NCBI GenBank assembly: GCA_009914755.4 | Contig: CP068257.2 | Coordinates: 42,432,001-42,496,000, forward strand | DNA length: 64,000 bases | Reading direction: 5' to 3' | Origin: the human T2T-CHM13v2.0 reference genome, Homo sapiens | Shown here: one piece after another, positions 54,212 through 64,000 of the stretch | Layout: each line of letters begins with the position of its first letter | Position numbering within the stretch: position 1 is the first letter of the stretch | Program-made: the position numbers and the translations under genes | Notes under the pieces: model-generated | The model's database searches: none | Seen by the model: the letters and a program-made list of their open reading frames with translations, nothing else | Told to the model about the DNA's origin: nothing

Positions 54212-54386
54212 CTGTAGCTGGAACCACTATAACATGCAGTACGCACTAGCAGTTTCCAAGCAGCGGGGCACAAAACGCTCCCTAGACCCGCTGGGAAGTG
54301 AGGAGGAGGCAGAAGCATCTGAAGATGACAGCCTGCATCTGCTTGGAGGAGGAGGCAGAGACTCAGAAGAAGAGATGCTGGCCTAG
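54212..54386 (+). CDS. PWP2: PWP2 exon 21 coding part. Peptide (L)CSWNHYNMQYALAVSKQRGTKRSLDPLGSEEEAEASEDDSLHLLGGGGRDSEEEMLA, stop TAG at 54384-54386. The 3'UTR runs to about 54740, with ATTAAA at 54725-54730
   Basis: Anchored by ORF 54015..54386. Acceptor ccctgtgtgattgacag|C at 54210-54211. Acidic Ser/Glu-rich C-terminus. Confidence 0.9.
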
Positions 54387-56365
54387 AGCCAGCCGGTTGC
54401 AGCGTTGGATTGTGCCGGCTAAGACCTGCCAGGGAGATGGGACCCTTGTGCCACCTGGGCCAGCAAAGAGGAGGGGTCCAGAGAACAGCTGAAATACTGT
54501 CACTAGTGGTAGTGACTTGCTTTTCCTGTGCACACATGTAGCCCATCAGGACAGCGAGCCGACGGGTCACGCCAGGGGCCGGCACGCACTGGCACCTGGC
54601 CCCAGGAGCGGGGCCGTGTGAACGGTGATGAATGTTGAAAATGCGTCTCAGAGAGGTATTCACATGAACTTTGTATGAGACTTATTTATATTTTTAACAT
54701 AAAGGTTTGATAAAGAACTTAGGGATTAAAAAAAAGATGGAGTTTTCTAACGTGAGGATGAAGTCTACACTTCAGATTAAAAAGGGTTATGTTGTATCCT
54801 GCTGTCTTGTGGGGGCTCAAGACCTGCCTGCCTTACCACCAGGGCCTCCGTCCTGGGGAAGCAGGCTGACAGAGCAGGGTGCTCCTGCTGTCTAGCGGGG
54901 GCTCTGCCCTGTGACCTGTGCATATCCTTGGGGTCAGGGGCACAGAGCCTCTCCCTGACCTCTTGGGGACGCTTTGGAGTCTGGGGCTGGGATTGGCCTG
55001 TCTTGGTGAGCTCACTCAGACCTGCACCAGCTCTGCGTGGGCCACACGGAGGAGGAGACAGCTCCTCCCCTCTGCAGTGCCCTTGGGAATAGTCATCATG
55101 AGAGAGGCTTGGGTCTCCATCATGGTAGGGCATCCTGGTCCCCACAGCTCAGTAACAGCAGCCTCCAGGGTCAGGACCTGAGGCTGACACTGAGGTGGGC
55201 ACTTCACCGACTGCCAGTGCTGTCTGCCAGGCCCAGCCTGTCCCTCGCCAGCGGTGTGGCCCCCAAGACCCTGGGTAGTACCTGGCTCCCTTGCTTATCT
55301 GGGAAGTGGAGCTGATATCTGCCTGCCGGCCTCCCGGGGGTGGCGTGAGGCCAGATGTGCTAGAGAGTGGAGATGAATACGACAGGCAGTGCCTTGTGGC
55401 CCACAGCACTGTACCTGCAGGCCTGCAGACCAGAGGTCTTTGTAGAAGGGAGGAGCTCAGGCCCTGATGACACCAGGTGTTCTGTGGCTGCACAATCTCC
55501 GTGACCCAGACGAGAGAGAATCCTTAGCTATCGCCTACCCAAAGCACAAGTTCCAGTGTTCCCCTCCCTTGCCTCGCCCTTTTCCGTGAAACAATTTCCA
55601 GCGTTCCCCCTCCTCGCCTCACCCTTTTCTGTGTCACATGTGCATGGCGATGGACACCTGAGTAGTCGCCCCTGGGACAACTGGAGCTGCGGCTCTGCAG
55701 TGGGGTCTGGGAGCTCCCGGCCAGGGGCAGCTCCCGCACACTTGGTAGAGACAGGGTCCTGGCCCCCACACCGACTGAGTGAGAGTCTGCATTCGGCATT
55801 TCCTTTCTGAGTGGCGCTTGGTGTTTTTTTGTGCCATCCCACAACCCCATCGCTCCCACCAGCTGATGCTCCCTGGCTGGCCGCTCCCCAGGAGCTGAGA
55901 AGCCTGAAGAGGGCCAGGCACGGAGGAGCAGGAACGAGGACAGTCAAATGTGCCAAGCTTGTCTTTGGTTGTAACTGGTAATGTCCCATGTCTGTTATTC
56001 TAGTTCCCCACTATCTTGCAAGGATTGGCAGTAAAGTCCTAGTGATGGACAACGCGGCAGTGGGGAAAGTGACAGCCGTGGCTAGATCATCAGATGTGTC
56101 TGTAGAATCCGGTGTGTCCCTGTGAACATCCGCCAGCAGTAACCATTCACATTATTTCAAAAACCTGCATTATTAGGTTGAAAATGGGTAAATCGGGGAA
56201 AAAGCCAGCACTTATCCAGCTATTCCTCTGTGAACTAACCCATGCATAACAAACAGATTTTTTTAATGGAAGAATTCCAGCTAGGACCCGAGCAGCTGGG
56301 ATCTTCACACTGACCGTCCATGCTGTGAACGTAAAAAACAAAAACAAAAAAACAAACCCAAACAG

Positions 56366-56668
<303 letters not shown>

Positions 56669-57312
56669 CCAAACAGAATCGGCGGCTCACTTGCCCCCAG
56701 ACTAACCCAGATCAAGCCCCTGGGTGGAACTGCAGTTTCCAGGATACAACATCCCGGGGTCAGTAAAACCCGGAGGGGTCGCTCCGTGGGAGCCGGAGCC
56801 GCGAGGAGACAGTCATGGAAGCGGAGGGGTAGTCCTGACCCCGCGTGGGTCCTGACGCCGAGATTAAGACGAGTGGCCATTTAGGAGGATGTGGACCCTG
56901 GACGCTCGTGGTGAGTTAAGGATGAGACGGAGGTAAGGTAAGAAGCGCCGGACTGAGCCGCCCCGAGGCAGCCTTGCTCTGCGGATGGCGGAAAGGGTGC
57001 GCCGCCTGTGGAGGCGTCCGATGGGGGCGGGGCTGGGGACCCCGGGAGTCACCAGCATCCCTCAGCCTCGAGCACGAGCCCTCAGCCACCACCGGAAGGA
57101 AGACAGGGTTCCCGGAACTCTATTCGGAGGCTCTGCGCAGGCGCGGCCCCCGCCCACCGGCGCACTCACTGGATAGGGCTGAGACGGGGGCGGGTCTTGG
57201 CTCCGCCCCGAAGGCTGCGCAGGCGCAGTCCCGACGAGCAACGCGTTTGTAGAGGGGTGGGTGCGCACGCTCTGTCCCTGCGTGACCTTCCGACCCCGCT
57301 GTCCTCACCGCA

Positions 57313-57453
57313 ATGGCGGCTGTGAGGGCCCTGGTGGCCTCGAGGCTCGCTGCGGCATCTGCATTCACGTCCCTGTCCCCCGGCGGTCGGACGCCTTCCC
57401 AGCGCGCAGCCCTTCACCTCTCCGTGCCGCGCCCCGCGGCCAGGGTCGCGCTG
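57313..57453 (+). CDS. GATD3A: GATD3A (ES1 homolog / C21orf33) exon 1 coding part. Peptide [47 protein letters not shown], an Arg/Ala/Ser-rich N-terminus with no acidic residues, typical of a mitochondrial presequence
   Basis: ATG at 57313-57315, donor CTG|gtgagtgg at 57454-57455. Peptide recognised as the ES1/GATD3 N-terminus. A chr21 location next to PWP2 implies GATD3A rather than its paralog GATD3B. Confidence 0.85.
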
Positions 57454-57509
57454 GTGAGTGGACGGAGGGGGTGAGGTCAGCTCCCGCCTCCAGAGATCAG
57501 CCTTCGCTG

Positions 57510-58185
<676 letters not shown>

Positions 58186-59674
58186 TAAATACCCTATTCT
58201 TGGCTAAAAAAAAGCAAAAACGACTTGCAAAACCCAGGGAGACGCTAAGAAAGAACAGTTTTTAAGTGTCGCTTATACTGTCACCTAGAGCCTAGAAATG
58301 ACTTAGCATTTCACTTGAGTGTTTTTCAGGACACACACATTTTGAAAACACTGAGATCACACTCACCCGTGTTTTGCAAATGTTTCTGACGCATGGGAAG
58401 TAATTCCCATTCATTCAGTTCTCAACATCATTTTAACAGTTGCGTGGTATTTCTGGGTCCTAGACAGGTTACTGTTTACGTAACTGGTCAGCTGTTGCTG
58501 AGTGCTTGGTGGCCTGATTTCCTGTGCTACTGGAAATGACTGCAGGCCGAACCAGTAGGGCAGGAGGCCACCACGCGTGCCAGGTACCTGTAGTTCCCAT
58601 GTGGTTCAGGGTGAACTGGAGAGGGGAGAGCTGGGTGGTGGCGAAAGGGGTGTCAGGCCATGGAGAGTGGCCTGAGGCTGGTGGCTTTGTGGGTGGCCCA
58701 CCTTGGCTGGTTGGAGTTGGCACTAGGCAGAGTGAGCTGGGGGAAAGGGCCAGGATGTGTTTCATGATTTGGCCTTGGTGGGATAGAAAATAGCCCCAGA
58801 ATAGCTTGAGCTCTCCCAGGCAGAACGGCAGGGTCTTGTGTCTGGGGTGTCTGGGTGGATTTCTTATGGGTAGCGGAACCCAAGTGCCAGGGCCAGGTGC
58901 TGACCTCTCCCTCTGGCAAGTCACTGCACTTCATGCCTCGGTTTCCTCCTCCACGTAAGGGGCAGTGAGGGCTTAGTGTGTGGGTGGGCTTAGCCACCTA
59001 TCTCCTGTTGGCACTGGGAGTTGCGGATGCCAGCGTGAGCCCCCATAATGTCAGCTGTTGTCCCCAGGAGGAGCTTCTGTTGCCCTTGCCCTTGGGGAGA
59101 TGGAGCTGCCTGGCCTGTGGTGTTGTCCTGGGGTCTCTTGTGTCTCTCCCACCATCTGTGATGGGAAAGTTGAGGGAGACTAGAAATTGAACTAAGTAGT
59201 GACCGAAAGCCCCGTCACACCGTCTGTGCACGTGGCACTCTGAGCACACTGCTGCTTCTCACTCTTGGTGCTTGCAGCAAGCAACTGGAGGAGGGCAGCC
59301 AGGCCCTGGGTGTAGGTAGAGCACTCAGCAGCCGGGGACCCGCACGCCTCCAGGCTGTGCCCTCAGTGGAGTCACCCGGCCCCCATACCCCAGTTTGCAA
59401 AGGGAGCTGTTGGGACCAGCTGATCTCCATAGCCCACTTCTGAGGGTTTGTCATAGTCGTAACCCACCAACCGACAGTGAATTGGAATGGGGGTGTGGGG
59501 GACGTTTGGCTTGGTATGGAACCAACTGTAACTTTTTGCAGAGCAAGTAAGATATTAATATACATTAGGAATTTGCTCCTGGTACTTAGCTAAAATCCTG
59601 TTTTTAAAAATGTGTTAACACAAATCTGAGTGGGGCACGTTTTGAAGAGTTGTCTCTGGTTTTCCCCCGTGCAG

Positions 59675-59788
59675 GATCCTGGTGCACCTGAGCCGTGGAG
59701 GGGCTGAAGTCCAGATCTTTGCTCCTGACGTCCCTCAGATGCACGTGATTGACCACACCAAGGGGCAGCCGTCCGAAGGCGAGAGCAG
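59675..59788 (+). CDS. GATD3A: GATD3A exon 3. Peptide (A)[37 protein letters not shown](R)
   Basis: Anchored by ORF 59682..60005. Acceptor ggttttcccccgtgcag|G at 59673-59674, donor AGC AG|gtgtggg at 59789-59790. Confidence 0.88.
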
Positions 59789-60791
59789 GTGTGGGGGTGG
59801 GATTGGAACTTGCTTCTTGTCTACCTCCCACGGTGCAGCCTTTTTTTGCTGGCTTAGCTTAAACCAAGTCTTGTGTGCAAATGAACGTCCTTCTGAGCAG
59901 CTGTGCTCGGGCTGTTCCGGAAGTAATGCTGCCAAGGCTCAGGAGTGCCTTCCTTCCAGTACTCACAGAAGGACTGAAAATGGCGACCGGATCGCTTCCC
60001 ACTGAGTCAGGCTGCTCATACCTTGGTCTTAAGCAAAGGTGGTGGTTCTCAGCTTGGTCGCCCACCTTCTTCCCCTGTCTGGGCTCCAGATCTGTTTTGC
60101 TGGTTCCCAGCAGCATGTCTGTTACTGCGGTGTGTGTGGTTCTGGCCTGTGTGGCCTGAGATCCCCTTCCCTTGCCTGTCCTGCCTGACAGCCCTGTGCA
60201 GGCCATTCCAAGGTGCCTTCCAACTGGCCTCGGACCACGAGAGGTCGGAGCTGGAGATTCGAGGAAGAAGCCATAGCTGCCTCCTGGGGCTGTGCTTCTC
60301 ACCAGTGGGGACCCCTGTGATTTCTTTTCCTGCCTGGGACCCTGGCTTCTGCACCTGGACTTGCACCTTCGGCCCCCACACCTGGGGGCTAGCAGCTTCC
60401 TGCGGTGGCTGGCCTTCGGGTTGCTTCACTGGTCCTGAGTCCTGGCTTCTTACCTTCCCCTCTGAGTCCCACCGTCCTGATGAGTGCACAGAATTCTGTC
60501 TGCTTTAGACACTCGGAGAGACTTCCATTTCCCATGGGCCTTGACTGCAGAAGATTCAGAGTGATTTGGCGCAGGTTCTGAAGTGCTGATCGGAAGAGCC
60601 CAGCATAGATTTAGCGTTGCTAGAACCATGTTGTCTTTCCAGGTAGTGACCAAACATGCTGACCTGGAAGTAAGTCCCCGTGTGGCTGAGAGCCACGTGT
60701 GTGGAGCGTGTTGCCTGTGGGCTGTGCCCCTGCCGCGCTCCACAGTCCTTCACCTGCATGCTGAGGCTTTTTGCCCTGTGCTCTTTCCCAG

Positions 60792-60911
60792 GAATGTTTT
60801 GACCGAGTCTGCGAGGATCGCCCGTGGCAAAATCACAGACCTGGCCAACCTCAGTGCAGCCAACCATGATGCTGCCATCTTTCCAGGAGGCTTTGGAGCG
60901 GCTAAAAACCT
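60792..60911 (+). CDS. GATD3A: GATD3A exon 4. Peptide (R)[39 protein letters not shown](L)
   Basis: Anchored by ORF 60583..61077. Acceptor ctgtgctctttcccag|G at 60790-60791, donor AAC CT|gtgcgtat at 60912-60913. Confidence 0.88.
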
Positions 60912-61299
60912 GTGCGTATTTGAGCTCCAAGGTCTTCCGCTTTCCATGTGGAGCAGATGGGAAGGGGGTGCACCTGTCTGCTGTCCAATGTGGTCAGTGG
61001 AGCGGCGATGGGAGGGGGTGGTGATAGGAGCAGTCTCTGGGTTTAGGGTCTGGGCAGGGCACGTGCCTGCCCTCTGACTTGGGAGCTGTTCTTAGGGTTG
61101 GGTCTTAGGTAGCGTTGTAGCGAGCCATGCTTTTGTTTCTGCTTCTCTGCTGCCTCTTCTCTCAGCATTCCTGGTACCCAGCAGCTTGTCAGAGTGGGTT
61201 TGGGGCTCCCTCTTATCTCATCACTGTGCTGTAGGTCTCGTCACGTTGAAATCAGTCTCTGAGTATTTACTCCTTGCAAGTGCCAGTTTTTTTTCTCTC

Positions 61300-61600
61300 T
61301 CTCTCTCTTTTTTTTTTTTTTTTTCTGTAGAGATGAGGTCTTGGTCTGTTGCCCAGGCAGGGATGCAGTGGCACGATCCTAGTTCACTGCAGCCATGATC
61401 TCCTGGGCTCAAGCCATCCTCCAGCCTCATCCTCCTGAGTAGCCGAGACTATAGGCGCATGTCACCATGCCCATGGTTTTGTTTTTTTTTTTTTTGGCCA
61501 TGTATGTAGCCCAAATTGGTCTGGAACTTCTGGGCTCGAGTAACCCTCCTGCCTCCCAAAGTGCTGGGATTCCAGGCCTGAGCCACCGCGCCTGGCCCCA
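61300..61600 (-). mobile_element. Two partial antisense Alu fragments, 61300-61445 and 61497-61600, in GATD3A intron 4
   Basis: Reads TTTTTCTGTAGAGATGAGGTCTTGGTCTGTTGCCCAGGCAGGGATGCAGTGGCACGATCC... and ...CTCCCAAAGTGCTGGGATTCCAGGCCTGAGCCACCGCGCCTGGCC. Confidence 0.75.
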
Positions 61601-63862
61601 ATTCTCTTATGGAACCTTGCAGGATCAGAAATGGGTTTCCTTCTTGGTAGTTTGGGCGGCGGTCCTGACAGGAAGAAGGGAGGCCGCCTTGGCGTGGCTG
61701 TTTTGGTAGCTGGACCGTGAATCATGGAGGCCTGGCCGGCTCCCACACGGTGGCGTCCTTGAGTTCCAGATCCTCTTTCTGTTCTCTGTGTCTCCTCTCT
61801 CTCTTTGCACATTCATGGAGGTTCTCTGGGCACCGCCCCCATGGCCCTGCCTGAGAGGTGGAGGTGGTGCCAGGCTGACCCTCCAGGGACAGCTCTGCCA
61901 CCTGCAGGAGCACTGGCCGCAGTGCATCGGAGCGTGCAGGTGGCTTCTGTGCCATGGTGTGGGTGGCAGCCCCAGCACGGCCGGCCCCGGTCGGCAGCTC
62001 CTGTTTCAAGGGCAGGTTGGAGGCTGGCTGGCCGCTTGCCCCACCCTGGGCAGCCTGCACCCAGAGTCGAGGGGTAGGCAGTCTCCATCCGAAGAATGCG
62101 CCCCTCCTTATCCCGAAACCTCAGAGGCCTCCTTCCTCAGATGCCAGCTGTTTTCTCAGTGCCCTTGGCCGTGCCCTCACCCCTCTCTCACCGGAAGCCC
62201 CACCCCAGCCTGTCGTCCCCGGTCTCCTGAAAGCCAGCAAGCCTCGTCGGTGCCGCCCACACCCCTGACCTCACGCAGCCCCACGTCAGGCTCGATCTTT
62301 TGTCCAGTTGTCCCTGCGTCGCTGCCGTCTCCACGAGGCTCTGACCACTGACACCGTGTGTGGCGGGGCGCAGGGGCAGCTGGAGGGTGTGCTGGGGGCT
62401 CCGTGCCCTGGCATGGCTCCTCCACATTTTGCCAACCCAGAGGCACAGGCGTGAGGTGTGTGGTGGTTCTCAGGGTCAGTGGGTCTTGGCCTTGGCTTTC
62501 AAGGTGTTGATGGGCCCTGGGACTGATGTGCCCGTGTGTCTGAGCCCACGTCCCCTGGGCGAAGCTCCCATTTTCACTGACCTGTCCAGAGCGTTCTGGG
62601 TGAGCCTGCCCTGCGTGTCCATGGTGCGGCGCGCTCTAATGAGCTGCAGCCGTGGCCACTCTGCACCCTCTGAGACAGTCACCCATGGGGACGGCGAACA
62701 CCCACTGCCTCCAGAAGATTCCCAGCACTCTGCCAGCAAAGCCATGTGGAAAATGCTGGGGCAGAGGACTGGGGTGCGTGAGGGTGGCGTAGAGCCCAGG
62801 GGTGGGTTCGTGGGAAGGTGTGTCCACTTGTAGATTTGGTGGCATTGCCAGATCACACGCCCCATGGGCAGTGTGGAGAGACCTCCCCTGCCCCGCGTGC
62901 CCTCCACAGCTCCTGCTCCTCGGCCTGAGGTGTGGATGCTGGTGTCGCAGGTAAACTGGCGTTTCTTTCACGGTCATCGAAGCAAGAGTGCTTGGTATGC
63001 CTGGAGGCCGACTGCGTTTCTTTTTTTGGGAACTCCTGGAGTTTCCTGCTGCCCCTTTGTTTTAAGGAAAAACTCTCACACCGTGTTTCTCCTCCTCCCA
63101 CCACAACAGTTGTCCACACAGAAGGTGGGTGTGAAGGGTCTTCCCCATGCACCACGCAGGGGTCGCTGCTGCCTTCTAATTCAGTTCCGACAGTATGGAC
63201 CCGGGGTAGCGTCCGATCGCACGGGTTGAGGGCTCCGTCCCCAAAACTGCCCTCTGACACATACCGGTAAACTGTCTGAGCCTCTGGAACTGACCAGTTG
63301 ACTTCAAGTTGGGGTTCCCACAACCCCGTTTGCTGGCGTGGCTCACAGTGCTCAGGGAAACATGACGTCAGCATTCTCCCCCGGGGAGTGGGGGACCCTC
63401 TCAGGAGAGGGTCCTGAGACCCACAGTCAGAAAGGCGGGGAACATTAGAGTCCTGCTTTGGGGCAGGTAAAGGGCAGGCGGGAAGGTCAGAGGCTGCCCG
63501 AGGCCCGACACAGCCAACGTCGTAACAGAAAGCTAACAAGCAGCACGGGAGTTAGGAGCCGGAAACCAGCGTCTGAGTCTCAGCACCGCAGCCCGGGTTC
63601 TGCCAGCTGCTCCGGAAGGTTCCAGGGCGTGGGCCCTCTCGCCCTGGTGGCCTCCTGCTGCACCACTTCCTGATCCTCCTGCTTCCTATGCTTATTTCTG
63701 TTTAAAAAACAGGAAAATATGTTCACATCAAACGCGCATATGTGCAGCCATGCCCATGTCCCTTGCTGCAGCTGACTGAGGGTCTGGAGCTGTGCCTAGG
63801 AAGCCCCCCAGGAATAGACCCTGGTTGTGAGGCTGTCTGAGGAGGCCTTTTGTCTCCCGGTA

Positions 63863-63955
63863 GGAGCACGTTTGCCGTGGACGGGAAAGATTGCAAGGTG
63901 AATAAAGAAGTGGAGCGTGTCCTGAAGGAGTTCCACCAGGCCGGGAAGCCCATCG
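63863..63955 (+). CDS. GATD3A: GATD3A exon 5. Peptide (L)[30 protein letters not shown](G). The gene continues beyond the window end
   Basis: Acceptor cttttgtctcccggtag|G at 63861-63862, donor ATC GG|gtgtgtac at 63956-63957. Phase-consistent with exon 4. Confidence 0.8.
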
Positions 63956-64000
63956 GGTGTGTACAGCCGTGCAGGCCTCGGGGAGGGAGGGAGGAGGGTG

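Noticed and set aside
62853-63539. 228-aa minus-strand ORF in GATD3A intron 4 with a less obviously low-complexity translation
   Set aside because: No recognisable domain, no Kozak or promoter context, no splice signals, and a GC-rich background. Kept as a chance ORF, although a lncRNA or smORF cannot be formally excluded without expression data.

Overview
This window is human genomic DNA, not prokaryotic: it is Alu-dense, has GT-AG introns, CpG-island promoters and AATAAA/ATTAAA poly(A) signals. I recognise it as chromosome 21q22.3, with three protein-coding genes, all on the + strand. (1) TRAPPC10: the 3' part of the gene, 14 coding exons from 166 to 27145 (stop TGA at 27143-27145), plus a long 3'UTR. 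(2) PWP2 (UTP1-like WD40 protein): the complete gene, 21 exons, ATG at 31027 and stop at 54384-54386. The joined exons total 2760 nt, which is 919 codons plus stop; that matches the known 919-aa protein and supports every junction. (3) GATD3A (ES1 homolog, C21orf33): the first five coding exons, ATG at 57313, running to the window end. Exon boundaries were set by splice-site consensus, phase continuity across exons, and anchoring to the supplied ORF-track coordinates. Exons with no ORF anchor could be off by 1-2 nt. The non-genic sequence is about 30 Alu insertions (several nested, several with visible target-site duplications), one Hsmar2-like mariner fossil, one Tigger1 fossil, and at least six GC-rich intronic minisatellites, two of which produce long artefactual ORFs. 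There is no CRISPR array, operon or other bacterial-type system. The points worth follow-up are a candidate unannotated poison/alternative exon in a TRAPPC10 intron, minisatellites flanking PWP2 exon 10 and abutting the GATD3A exon 2 acceptor, a pure GAG/GAA repeat coding a poly-Glu tract in PWP2, and tandem ETS motifs in both housekeeping promoters. Nothing here is a new biological system.
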